From Promethearchaeota archaeon (GTDB taxonomy: Archaea; Asgardarchaeota; Lokiarchaeia; Sigyniarchaeales; SOKP01): 64,000 nucleotides of DNA. A program made the translations under genes and the position numbers. Under the pieces are notes generated by a model. The model was not told the DNA's origin and did no database searches. It saw only the letters and a program-made list of their open reading frames with translations. The stretch is taken from assembly GCA_048938005.1 (NCBI GenBank), contig JBHLMQ010000005.1, positions 50,489-114,488 of the forward strand, read 5' to 3'. This document shows positions 47,788 to 58,167 of this stretch, piece by piece. Within the stretch, counting starts at the first letter, position 1, and every line of letters starts with the position of its first letter.

Positions 47788-48447
47788 TCATGATTCTGAT
47801 ATCTCAGAAATTTCTTCCTTTTTGCGGAATTTTTTAACAAGTTTTTTATAACTTTTAACAGATTTTTTAATTAATTCAAGCGTCTCTTTTGGCAAATCTT
47901 CTTCAGGAATTTCAAGATCTTGGGTCATAAAATCACAAGCAATTGTGAGTTTATAATCTTGTTCAAAGGTTCTCTTAGTAAAAGTTCTAATTAATGAAGA
48001 TTTCCCAACAGCAGCAGCTCCGGTAAGTAAAATCTTGAACCTAAATTGATCAGAATCTACAACTTCTCCTAACCTTGGTTTGAAATCTAGTAATGCTGTA
48101 ACAGCTAAACGGTAAAATAATTTTCTAACGTTTTCATTTTCTAATGCAGAGGTTTCTATATATTCAAATAAGTAGTATTGATTTACTTTTTGAATAATTG
48201 TTTCTCTTGGGATTATTTCTCCTAAATCTTCTTTTAAATCTTTCTTATTTCCAACTAAAAAAATAGGAATATTCCCAGAGCGTTCCCTTATCTCATCAAA
48301 ATATTCATCTATCTTATCAAAAGTATCAGGTCGACTTAAATCAAAAACTAAACCTACAGCTGCAACACCTTTAAAAAAATCGGTTTTAAAAAAATCAAAT
48401 CGTTCTTGTCCTCCTGTATCCCATAGCGATAATATAATTTTTAACAT
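47788..48447 (-). CDS. Circularly permuted Rab-like small GTPase (G3-G4-G5-G1-G2)
   Basis: WDTGGQERF, GNKKD and ETSAL precede GAAAVGKSS and LTIACDF. ATG 48447 favoured over the track start 48486, which overlaps the upstream gene. Confidence 0.85.
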   Translation of the reverse strand: MLKIILSLWDTGGQERFDFFKTDFFKGVAAVGLVFDLSRPDTFDKIDEYFDEIRERSGNIPIFLVGNKKDLKEDLGEIIPRETIIQKVNQYYLFEYIETSALENENVRKLFYRLAVTALLDFKPRLGEVVDSDQFRFKILLTGAAAVGKSSLIRTFTKRTFEQDYKLTIACDFMTQDLEIPEEDLPKETLELIKKSVKSYKKLVKKFRKKEEISEISES

Positions 48448-48473
48448 ATTTAGATTCACACTTTTATGAAATC

Positions 48474-49178
48474 TTATGATTCCCAAATAGCAATATATTC
48501 ATCCAAAATTTTATATATGCTATTAAATCCCATGGTTTTATAAAACTCTTTAAGACTCTTTTTATCAAGGTTCCATTTTGATCTCAATTGATAAGGATTA
48601 ATACCATCATTATCTAAAAATAGGAAATCAATAATTTTCAATAAAGGTTTCGGCAAGTATTTACCGAAGAATATCACAATTTTAAAAAGTCTATCACGAG
48701 CAGAGATTTCTTTCGGTTTAATGACATAAGGCTCACAAACAATAATTTTTTGAGAGATTTTTTTAGCTATATTAATTAAATCAACATGTTTGGGATAGAT
48801 ATGATGTAAAATATCACAAATAACAATTACATCCTTTTTTTTTCCTTGATAATCTTGAAAATCAAAAATGTTTTTTTGATACAACGCAATTTTTTTTAAT
48901 TTTATATTTCTTTTTTTCAATTCTTTTCTTCTTATTCGCTTAAGAAATCGGTGATTAAGATCAACACCTTCATATTCTATTGCCGGATGTAAAAAACGCA
49001 TTAAATATCCGGTACCACAAGGCAAGTCTAATACTTCTTTTGGTCCTTTACCTATTAACATAGCAATTGTTAGAAATTTTTTATCTTGATTATATAATCT
49101 TCTTGTAACTGCGTTATAAAGCCATGCACTCCGATACATTAAGCTTCTAAAACCAGTAATTCCTGTTTTTACGACCAT
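48474..49178 (-). CDS. Class I SAM-dependent methyltransferase
   Basis: VLDLPCGTG motif I, GVDLN, DVIVICDILHH. Confidence 0.88.
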   Translation of the reverse strand: MVVKTGITGFRSLMYRSAWLYNAVTRRLYNQDKKFLTIAMLIGKGPKEVLDLPCGTGYLMRFLHPAIEYEGVDLNHRFLKRIRRKELKKRNIKLKKIALYQKNIFDFQDYQGKKKDVIVICDILHHIYPKHVDLINIAKKISQKIIVCEPYVIKPKEISARDRLFKIVIFFGKYLPKPLLKIIDFLFLDNDGINPYQLRSKWNLDKKSLKEFYKTMGFNSIYKILDEYIAIWES

Positions 49179-49244
49179 TGTTAACTAGAGTCCTTTTATT
49201 TGAAAACTTAAAATAAAAATTGAGGAAAAAAAATTTGAAAAATT

Positions 49245-51296
49245 TTAGGGTGGTGAAAGTAAATTCATTTTCTCTTCAATGTTTTTATTTAATTCTTTTA
49301 CTTTTTTATCTAAGGTTTTAAGTTCTTTCTTAATTTCTTCGAATCTACTCTCTTGATCACTCAATTTTTTTACATACCTTTCTTTTAATGAAATTGATTG
49401 ACTATCCTCACCTAAAACAGCGATATTTTCTCTCAGTCGAGACTGTTCATCAGTCATTACATCTCTCTCCTCAATTAATTTTTCTTCTTTAGCTCTTAAA
49501 TCATTCAAAGTTTGTATTAATTCTGCGATTTCTTTGAGTTGATTTTCAAGATCAGATTCAATAAATTTCTTCCTAACGTAAAATCCGACTCTTTTGAGAA
49601 GATCTTCTTTACTATAATTCCATAAATAATTACTTGAGTAATTTTCTCTTTGTTCTTTAAGCTTAAAGACTATAGCATCTTTTGGTTTCAAAGTCAGTTT
49701 GAAACGCCAATAATTAGCAGTTTCTTCAGGTTCAACGGGTTTCTCTATGAATTTATATTCATAAGTCTTTGGATGATCAAGATAAAGCTCCTTTTCTTCA
49801 TCAGTTTTATTTTTAATTTTATATGTTATCATTAAATTAGTGTAATAGTATTCATAAGAATAGCCACTACCAAATGTCACTCTATGTACACTCAAATTTT
49901 CAGATTCTTGTTCATGCGTTATAATAACCGCTTGTTCTACCGCATAATTTAGCAATCTTGTGTCTTCCTTATTCAAGAACGGAATAATCGCTTCACCAGC
50001 AAGATTATCATCATATATGATTGTAACAGGGCCTCTCTCCAGTGTTAAATTTGTATTATTTGTAATTTCAAGACAAGCATTAGGATTTTTATCATGTTCA
50101 TTTTTATTATAGAGTAAAATTCTCTTTGCCTTTATCGATTCGGTAAGTATTGGAACTAGAGCTGATTGTTTTCTCTTAATTGTTACTGGATTTGAAATAT
50201 TATATTCGAACAATTCACCTAAATCTTTAGTTTGAGTTTTAACTTGAGATTTCACTTTGTCATAAATTTCTGTATCTGACATAATAGCACCCCCACGGCC
50301 AATTCCACCGACAGGTGGTGCTCCTGGAGGAGCAAATGATCTAGTACTTGGAGCTTTAGCTCTTCTTTTCATTGCCATTGGTTTTGCGTCCATTTCTGCC
50401 ATTGCATAATCTTTAAATTTCTCCATTTCTAATCCTTCTTCAATTTCAGCAGGACGTGCACTTAATACTTTAGGAGGTTGAATCACTGGTCGCTGAATAA
50501 AAATAGGTCGATAAAATTCATAAATAAAGGAAACAGGCATCCCCGCTACTAAAGATAATTCGATATCTTCCCAATCTTGATTCGTTGTATTTTCTATGAG
50601 ACTCCATCCAGATAGTAAGCATTTTTGTTCTAATGCTTGTTGTTTGCTCATAATCAATCGATAGGATGTTTTCCAGATTGGACTTTCGCGTATATAGGAT
50701 ACGAATATATTTCTATCTATTTCATCATCTCCACCAGATTCACAATTTATTATTATTTTTTTTGCATCTTTCTTCTTTCCAGCAATTACTGTATCTAAAA
50801 AGAATTTCAAATCTTTTTTAATCTCATCATTCATAATTTCTAGAGATTTAATTTCTGAGAACTTATATTTGGTTATCATACCGTTATCTTGATGGAGAGT
50901 TAATAATTTTTCAGTGATCTTTTCTTCTTTTATAAATTTTTCATCATATTCTATTCCCATTATCTTACCTGAAATTTGCTTTGCACCTCCAACTGTTAAT
51001 ATCACATCAGCTCCCTTAATTTGAGTCACAAGAGAAGAGAATGAATCTGTATCTGGAATATTTAGCATTATGGATTTAAGTAATTGGTTAGTTTCTAATG
51101 CAGCATCATAAGATATGGACGAGATATACCCATTTTTACTTGTATCTAAAACAAAAAGTGATTTTAATACATCATTCATCTCATCAATCTTAAATTCAAG
51201 TTCAAATTTACCAGAACCTTTTAAAATGCCTTCGAGGATGTAGTAGGATACACCATGTTTAAATATGATTACTCTTTTTACATTTAATTTTGGCAT
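49245..51296 (-). CDS. DUF4139-type protein with C-terminal coiled coil
   Basis: VIIFKHGVSY, PIWKTSYRL, ENTTNQDWEDIELSLVAG, LFEYNISNPVTI. Confidence 0.8.
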   Translation of the reverse strand: MPKLNVKRVIIFKHGVSYYILEGILKGSGKFELEFKIDEMNDVLKSLFVLDTSKNGYISSISYDAALETNQLLKSIMLNIPDTDSFSSLVTQIKGADVILTVGGAKQISGKIMGIEYDEKFIKEEKITEKLLTLHQDNGMITKYKFSEIKSLEIMNDEIKKDLKFFLDTVIAGKKKDAKKIIINCESGGDDEIDRNIFVSYIRESPIWKTSYRLIMSKQQALEQKCLLSGWSLIENTTNQDWEDIELSLVAGMPVSFIYEFYRPIFIQRPVIQPPKVLSARPAEIEEGLEMEKFKDYAMAEMDAKPMAMKRRAKAPSTRSFAPPGAPPVGGIGRGGAIMSDTEIYDKVKSQVKTQTKDLGELFEYNISNPVTIKRKQSALVPILTESIKAKRILLYNKNEHDKNPNACLEITNNTNLTLERGPVTIIYDDNLAGEAIIPFLNKEDTRLLNYAVEQAVIITHEQESENLSVHRVTFGSGYSYEYYYTNLMITYKIKNKTDEEKELYLDHPKTYEYKFIEKPVEPEETANYWRFKLTLKPKDAIVFKLKEQRENYSSNYLWNYSKEDLLKRVGFYVRKKFIESDLENQLKEIAELIQTLNDLRAKEEKLIEERDVMTDEQSRLRENIAVLGEDSQSISLKERYVKKLSDQESRFEEIKKELKTLDKKVKELNKNIEEKMNLLSPP

Positions 51297-51413
51297 AAAA
51301 TTATTATAACTTATAAAAATTTAAATTTTGATGATTTAAGAAAAAGGTTTATAATGGCATTAAGGAGATAATTTTTGGGTCAAAAATTAATAAAAGAGAA
51401 ATTAGATTAATTA

Positions 51414-51920
51414 TTACAAATTTCTTTTTAAAATTTTCAAGATATCCTCTTCAAGAGTTGAATGATAATTAGGATTTTCCACAATAGCTCCTAAGTATTC
51501 ACCAGCTTCATTGAAGAAATAAAATGTTGGTATTGCTTTCAATTCAAACTTTGGATCAGTTGCTTCTGGTGGTGATCGTTTTTTATGCCATATGGTTTCT
51601 CCTGGTTTATGTAATGCATTTACCATTATACCATACAAAATTTGTAGATCAATATCTTCAATCTTGATTTCTTTTACTATTTTTATCATACTGGGTACAT
51701 TTCTCGAACAATCAGGACACCAATCAGCACCTAAAGCAACTATTTTCAACTTTTCTTTCTTATTTTTGAGAAAATTTTTAATTTTTTCAAGAACATCTGA
51801 TTTTGGTTCATAATTTTCAAAATTTCTTTTAATCTGGTCTCCATATATTTTTAGGTATTCATCTGGTTTCATTGTAGGAGATATTAAATCACTCCATTTC
51901 AAATTAAGTTTCGATTTCAT
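51414..51920 (-). CDS. Thioredoxin-fold protein
   Basis: ADWCPDC and AIPTF cis-Pro loop. Confidence 0.9.
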   Translation of the reverse strand: MKSKLNLKWSDLISPTMKPDEYLKIYGDQIKRNFENYEPKSDVLEKIKNFLKNKKEKLKIVALGADWCPDCSRNVPSMIKIVKEIKIEDIDLQILYGIMVNALHKPGETIWHKKRSPPEATDPKFELKAIPTFYFFNEAGEYLGAIVENPNYHSTLEEDILKILKRNL

Positions 51921-52084
51921 ATTTATTATTGAAATTGCTTATTTTAAAAAAATTGTTTTAATGAATCATAAAACTATACCCTTAAAATTTTAATAGAGAA
52001 AAATAAATGATAGTTAAAATATATAAACAATGAATTTTTAATTTCTGAAAAGACTTTTTAAAAGATAAAAATTGGTGGTTTAAT

Positions 52085-53914
52085 ATTTTATATTCTTTTA
52101 GAGGACAGATATTGAGTATAAATCTTACAACCGAAGAAGTTTCGATAAAACCATTAAATGAAGAAATCGCAGAAAATTTCTTAGGAGGAGCTGGTTATGC
52201 TTGTCGTTATCTTTATGATAAATTAGAAAAAAAAACGGAGCCTCTCTCTCATGAGAATATCATTATGATAATGACAGGTCCACTTAATGGAACTTTTGCT
52301 CCGAATACTGGACGATGGGTCGTATGTTCAAAATCACCATATACAGGAATATGGGGAGAATCAAATTGTGGAAGTTGGTTTGGAGCTGAAGTAAAGAAAG
52401 CTGGTTTTGATGGGATCGAAATAACTGGTGCTTCTGAAAATCCTGTATATATCGAAATTAGAGATAACAATGTTCATATCAAAAATGCAGAGTTTCTATG
52501 GGGAAAGGGTACTTTTCATACCACAAAAAAACTAAAGGAAGTCTTTGGAGACAATAAAGCAAAAGTAGCTTGTATCGGTATAGCAGGAGAGAATCTAGTG
52601 AAATATGCAAATATAATCTCTGAAGAAAGGGCCGCGGGTAGAACTGGAATGGGTGCAATTTTAGGTTCCAAGAAGTTAAAAGCAATCATAGCTAAAGGAT
52701 CAAATATCAAAGTTAATGTAGCAAATAAAGAAAAGTTAAATAAAGCTATTAAAGCAGCTAGAGAATACGTGAAATCATCTCTTGCATCATATATATTAGG
52801 TAAATTTGGAACTGCTGCAGCCCTCGATTTGTATAATGTAACAAGTGAATTACCTATAAAATACCACACAAAACCTAAATGGGATAAAGCAATTAATATT
52901 TCTGGAGTAATTATGGCGGAAACTATATTAATTAAACAAAATTATTGTCATTCTTGTGTTATAGGATGTGGAAGGATTATTGAAGTTAAAGAGGGGAAAT
53001 ATAAAACCGATGAAATAAAAGGTCCTGAATATGAGACTATTTGTGGTTATGGGAGTTTAATCCTTAATGATGATTTAGAATTCATTTCTCATATTAATAA
53101 GAAATGTAATGATTATGGCATCGACACAATTAGTTCAAGTGGAGTCATAGGAAGTGTGTTTTATCACTATAATTTAAATAATATAAATTCAGAAGATCTA
53201 GGGGGATTAAAACCAAAATGGGGAGATCAAAAAATAACTGAACAATTTTTAGAAAAAATTGTGAAGAAAGAAGGAATTGGTAAGGTTCTTGCTGAAGGTT
53301 CAGATTATTTTGCTGAAACTTTTAACATTGATAGAGAAGAATTCGCAACGGTTAATAGATTAGAAGTTACTTATCATGACAGTCGTTCTAACTATGGTAT
53401 GGCAATAGCTTACGGAATTGGGCCCCGTGGTCCGTCTCATAACGCATGCGATGCTTATTACATATTAAGGGGTATTCCTTTGGATGAAATTGGTATTAAC
53501 CAAATTGATACATATAAAAACGATATGGAAATGGCAGAATTTTGTTCCTTACTAATGGACTATAGAGCATTATATAGCTCAATGATAATGTGTTCTTTCT
53601 GTAACCCTTTACCGTCTCAAAATGCTGAGATAATTAAATATGCAACTGGATTAAATTTTGGACTTAACGAAATTAAATTGTATGGTGAAAGAATCGCTAA
53701 TATGAAACGTCTTTTTAATATTAAAATGGGATTAACGCATAAAGATGATAGAATACCACAGATTTTATTAAGGCCCTTTAGAGAAGGAGGATCGGCAGGA
53801 AAAATACCCAATTTTAAAAAGTTAAAAAAACTTTTTTATGAATATCGGAATTGGGATCCCTCAACTGGAATACCCAGGGAGAATAAACTTAAATATTTAA
53901 ACTTGAAATTATAA
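52085..53914 (+). CDS. aor: Tungsten-type aldehyde:ferredoxin oxidoreductase family (probable ATT start)
   Basis: KSPYTG, AGRTGMGAILGSKKLKAI, CHSCVIGC, GPEYET, DTIS, C-terminal Cys motif; upstream extension LYSFRGQILSINLT matches the usual AOR N-terminus. Confidence 0.93.
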   Translation: MLYSFRGQILSINLTTEEVSIKPLNEEIAENFLGGAGYACRYLYDKLEKKTEPLSHENIIMIMTGPLNGTFAPNTGRWVVCSKSPYTGIWGESNCGSWFGAEVKKAGFDGIEITGASENPVYIEIRDNNVHIKNAEFLWGKGTFHTTKKLKEVFGDNKAKVACIGIAGENLVKYANIISEERAAGRTGMGAILGSKKLKAIIAKGSNIKVNVANKEKLNKAIKAAREYVKSSLASYILGKFGTAAALDLYNVTSELPIKYHTKPKWDKAINISGVIMAETILIKQNYCHSCVIGCGRIIEVKEGKYKTDEIKGPEYETICGYGSLILNDDLEFISHINKKCNDYGIDTISSSGVIGSVFYHYNLNNINSEDLGGLKPKWGDQKITEQFLEKIVKKEGIGKVLAEGSDYFAETFNIDREEFATVNRLEVTYHDSRSNYGMAIAYGIGPRGPSHNACDAYYILRGIPLDEIGINQIDTYKNDMEMAEFCSLLMDYRALYSSMIMCSFCNPLPSQNAEIIKYATGLNFGLNEIKLYGERIANMKRLFNIKMGLTHKDDRIPQILLRPFREGGSAGKIPNFKKLKKLFYEYRNWDPSTGIPRENKLKYLNLKL

Positions 53915-53919
53915 ATAAG

Positions 53920-54453
53920 TTAGGATTCTTGGGAATCCCTATTTTTAAGAATTAGTTTTGTCAATAGATCAAAAATTTTATGGACATTTTCACCATTTTT
54001 AGAACTACACTCAATAAATCCATTAGCTCCTTTTGTTATTGCTAATTTCATTGCTTTTTTGGTGGAAATTTCTTTTAAATGCATTAAATCTGTCTTTCCA
54101 CCAACAAAAACGATTGGTAAATCATAATCGATTTCATTCTCAACGATTTCAAACCAATCATCTACATGTGCAAGTGAACCATAATTAGTAATATCATACA
54201 TAAAGACCGCACCATTAGCGCCCCTAATATAAGAAGGAAATAAGAATCTAAATCGTTCTTCACCAGCAAAATCCCATATCTGGAGCTTTATCATCTCCCC
54301 ATTTATTTCAATAGGTTTGAGGTGAAAATCTACTCCAAGTGTCATAGTTATATCCTCTTTAAATAAATTCGTCAAAAATCTGTGAGTTAATGTAGTCTTA
54401 CCAGTTTGTGAATCTCCAAAAATTACTATCTTATATGTTGAAGAAAATGCCAA
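53920..54453 (-). CDS. Rab-like small GTPase
   Basis: GDSQTGKT, MTLGVDF, WDFAGEERF, GKTD, CSSK. Confidence 0.93.
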   Translation of the reverse strand: MAFSSTYKIVIFGDSQTGKTTLTHRFLTNLFKEDITMTLGVDFHLKPIEINGEMIKLQIWDFAGEERFRFLFPSYIRGANGAVFMYDITNYGSLAHVDDWFEIVENEIDYDLPIVFVGGKTDLMHLKEISTKKAMKLAITKGANGFIECSSKNGENVHKIFDLLTKLILKNRDSQES

Positions 54454-54618
54454 CCCAAATACCCGACAAATATGAATATTATACCTAAGTCTATAGGTTT
54501 CTTTTTGGTGTTATGTAATATATAATTTATATGCTTAAAAATTTTACATTAAATTCAAACTATACAAATTAGGTATAATATACTTCTTACGTAGTTAAAA
54601 TTAAGATTGGTTCTGTTT

Positions 54619-56928
54619 TTAAGATTTGGAATTAATAATTTTCTTTAATAAGTATAAAGCTCCATTTTTATCCAAAGGATCATTATTATTGCCACATTTA
54701 GGACTCATTATACATACCGGGCAACCATCAGAGCTTTTACAATTGCAAGTATTAATTAAATTATAAGTTATTTTTAGTAATTCATTTAAATTGTAATAAA
54801 GTGCTTCTGATATCCCAATACCTCCTCTATATGCATCATAGATATAAATTATAGGCTGCTGCTTAACTGGATCAAAATCAATTGAAACTCCGCCTAAATC
54901 CCATCGACTTATTTGAGCCAATGTTGGTGCCGTAGCAATCATCGCATGTTCTATAGCATGAATAGTTCCTCCAAGATCATATCCTTTTAATTCCAATTTT
55001 TTTTGATATTCAAAAGGTATAAGGTACCATAGAGCTTGGCTCTCAAACTCGATAAGAGGGATATCTTCTAGCAGATGTCTTGAGCGTATTTCTTGAGTTA
55101 ATGTATCAATAGTTTTATAGGAGTAATACTCATGCTCTACTTTCACATTTCCAAAAAATGTTTTGATATCGTTGTTTAGACTTAATGAATTTTCTGAAAT
55201 TACTTCAAGAGGAAATATATTGGTATGTTTTAAAGATTGAGTGTAAAAATCGACATCTGCTCTTTTTAGATATACCACTCTTTCTTTTAAATCGAGTTCT
55301 TCTACTAAGTAAGTTTCTGTTTCATAAAGGTAAACAGCTCCTTGATGCAAATCACGGAACACGAAACTTTCATCTTCAACAGTTAAAAGTTCTACACCTA
55401 ATTCAGTTCTTAGAAAGACTTTATAACTTCGATTTGAAAGATCATTTAATGCATATTTATCATTAGGAAAAAAATCACTATTCCAAAAATACCGATCTCC
55501 TCTTTTCATTAATAAGGATTCTGAAACTAATTCCTCCAAACATACAATAAATAGGCTTTTTTCCTGAATTCCAAATTTTAAATAATCTTCAACTCTTATT
55601 GGGCTTTCTTTACTTGCACAGCAGATATGATTTTTAAGAATATATTTATTTTTTAATGTGATTAGAACTTCTTCTTGGACTGGTCCAAATAATTTATGGG
55701 GATTATGAATATAAAATAGATCTAAAGGATTTTGCATTGGAATAAAAGTTGATATTGAGAGATCAGTACCTCTTCCAGAACGACCTATTTGCTGTTTAAA
55801 GCTTGAAATTGTGCCTGGAAATCCAGAGCTTATAGTTGCTTCTAAAGATCCTATATCGATTCCTAACTCAAGTGCATTGGTGGAGCTAATTCCCAAAATA
55901 TTCTTGTGTTTGAAGTTTTGCTCAATTTCTCTTCTTTTTTTTTTACTGATTCCAGCACGATAACTAAAAATTTTATTTTTTAGAGAGGGTAATGAATTTC
56001 TTGTCCAAATAGCTTGGAGTTCTGCCATTTTCCTAGATAGTGTAAAGGTTAATGTCTGAATTCCTTTTTTCAAATGACTAACAAATAGATTTTTAGTTTC
56101 TTGGTGAGCTGAACGGTATTTTTTGGATACATCATCATAGGGTAAATCCCATAAAATCACTTTTTTAGCACCAGAAGGAGAATAATCCTTATCCACTAGA
56201 GAAAACTCTTCACCAACTAATTTTTCAGCGAATTCTTTAGGATTATGGATTGTAGCACTTGATAATATCCATAAAGGTTTTATATTGTATTTTTCAAGTA
56301 TTCTTTTTAATCGTCTTATTAAAAAGGCAAAATTAGAACCAAAAATACCTCTATAAATATGAATTTCATCCAATACGATATATTTTAGGTTTTTACAAAT
56401 TCGAATCCACTTTTGTTTGAACCAAGGTAAATAATAATGCAAACCATAAGGATTTGTGATTATAATATTTGCATTATCTAAAATCTGCCTTTTCTCGTTA
56501 GGTTCTACATCTCCATCATATACACCGATCCTATTTTCTTTAATATTTGTTTCTTGAAGTAATTTTGATAAAACAGTAAATTGATCACGTGCTAATGCCT
56601 TAGTCGGAAATAAATAAAGAGCCGTAGTTTTAGGATCTTCTAATATTGATTGGAGAACAGGTAAATTATAACAAAGAGATTTTCCAGAAGCAGTAGAAGT
56701 AACGATTACAGTATTTTTACCTTCAAGAATATTATTGATTGCTTCAACTTGATGTCTCCATAACCTGATATTGTTATTATCTAGCCAACGTTGAAGTCTT
56801 TTTTTTAAAGGTGTATTTAATTCATCAAATTGTGCTTTGGATTCAGGAATGGCTTCAATATGAACGATTTGGCCACTGTAATAATCTTGAGACCTTAAAA
56901 AGCTCAAAAAGTCTTCAAAATCTACCAT
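54619..56928 (-). CDS. DEAH-box helicase with DUF1998 Zn domain (Hrq1/MrfA family)
   Basis: TSTASGKS, PTKALA, DEIH, SAT, TNALELGIDIG, QIGRSGR, HAIEH, CNC...GCPVC...KC. Confidence 0.95.
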   Translation of the reverse strand: MVDFEDFLSFLRSQDYYSGQIVHIEAIPESKAQFDELNTPLKKRLQRWLDNNNIRLWRHQVEAINNILEGKNTVIVTSTASGKSLCYNLPVLQSILEDPKTTALYLFPTKALARDQFTVLSKLLQETNIKENRIGVYDGDVEPNEKRQILDNANIIITNPYGLHYYLPWFKQKWIRICKNLKYIVLDEIHIYRGIFGSNFAFLIRRLKRILEKYNIKPLWILSSATIHNPKEFAEKLVGEEFSLVDKDYSPSGAKKVILWDLPYDDVSKKYRSAHQETKNLFVSHLKKGIQTLTFTLSRKMAELQAIWTRNSLPSLKNKIFSYRAGISKKKRREIEQNFKHKNILGISSTNALELGIDIGSLEATISSGFPGTISSFKQQIGRSGRGTDLSISTFIPMQNPLDLFYIHNPHKLFGPVQEEVLITLKNKYILKNHICCASKESPIRVEDYLKFGIQEKSLFIVCLEELVSESLLMKRGDRYFWNSDFFPNDKYALNDLSNRSYKVFLRTELGVELLTVEDESFVFRDLHQGAVYLYETETYLVEELDLKERVVYLKRADVDFYTQSLKHTNIFPLEVISENSLSLNNDIKTFFGNVKVEHEYYSYKTIDTLTQEIRSRHLLEDIPLIEFESQALWYLIPFEYQKKLELKGYDLGGTIHAIEHAMIATAPTLAQISRWDLGGVSIDFDPVKQQPIIYIYDAYRGGIGISEALYYNLNELLKITYNLINTCNCKSSDGCPVCIMSPKCGNNNDPLDKNGALYLLKKIINSKS

Positions 56929-57159
56929 AAACGCTTCAAGATTTATAATACTATATACTAAATAAAAATTTCAAAAGAGAGTTGATTTATTTATTTTTCG
57001 AACTTTAATTTACAAATTTAATTCTCATTTTTAACAATTGATCTTTTTCCTAAAATTTTTAAATAAATTTATAGACAAAATCTATTTTATTCTTAGTATA
57101 GCATTTTTTTTATGATATAAAATCAAATTAGTATAAATAAAATTTTTTCTGATTGGAAA

Positions 57160-58167
57160 ATGTCGGATTCTGATTGGAATAAAGTTGGTTTTCAATTATT
57201 TATTAATGAATATGGGAAAGATATTATTATTGAGAATGCTCCAACAATATTATACTCAAAAAAAGATAAAGAGCACGAAGCTTATAATTCATTAATAGCT
57301 TTCTTTTTCATTGCTGGTTTTATGCTCATTTATACTGCGCTCTCATATTTTCTTGCATTTATATTTTTCAATTTAATCCTATTTACCACTATTATAATTG
57401 TATGTGTTATTGCTGATGTTTTTTTAATTATTAATGTTATAAAATCTAATGTTTATATTAAATTAATAGAATGTTGGGTTGAAATTTATAAAGGTAAATC
57501 TGAAAATAATTCTGATTTTTATTGTTTTATATATTATCCAATTTTTACTGGAAAATGTCATCCGAATGAAGCCAAAAATGTGATTTTTAAGTTATATCAA
57601 GAACAAGTAATAAAGAGCAAAATAGACATCACCCAAATTGAGGTTTATTTGAAATTAAGCCATGAAGATCATCAAATTAAGGAAAAGTTAGGTTATTTTT
57701 TCCAATATGCTGAAGGGAGACCTTTCAAAGATGAAAACATTAATCGCGCTTCTTGGAAATATTTTCCCTCTGAACAATTGGGAATTGAGAATTACATAGC
57801 TGTAGGGAATTGGGATCATCAATATGAATGGAGAAATGATTTGGAATTTGATTTTGATAAATTACATGAGTATGCTCCGTGGGTTATTCAAAGATGGAAT
57901 GATTCTAATTTAAAACTCTTAACAGAGGATGATAAAGTAAAAATAAATTGGAATTTAAGGTATATTGAATCTACTCCTAAATTAAAGCCTTGGGAAGGGA
58001 ACTTTAAAGATCAAAAGCATGAAAATCCTTTGGCATATAGAGATCTTGATATTGTAAATGAGGCTATAACAAAAATTATTGGCCATGATAAAAAAGTAGA
58101 AAAAACAAAAGATATTAAAGAAGAGTTAGCAATGTTTAAATCTTATTTCAGAGATTTAGGTTCTTAA
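57160..58167 (+). CDS. Hypothetical membrane protein
   Basis: Two TM helices near the N-terminus, aromatic-rich soluble domain. Confidence 0.75.
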   Translation: MSDSDWNKVGFQLFINEYGKDIIIENAPTILYSKKDKEHEAYNSLIAFFFIAGFMLIYTALSYFLAFIFFNLILFTTIIIVCVIADVFLIINVIKSNVYIKLIECWVEIYKGKSENNSDFYCFIYYPIFTGKCHPNEAKNVIFKLYQEQVIKSKIDITQIEVYLKLSHEDHQIKEKLGYFFQYAEGRPFKDENINRASWKYFPSEQLGIENYIAVGNWDHQYEWRNDLEFDFDKLHEYAPWVIQRWNDSNLKLLTEDDKVKINWNLRYIESTPKLKPWEGNFKDQKHENPLAYRDLDIVNEAITKIIGHDKKVEKTKDIKEELAMFKSYFRDLGS

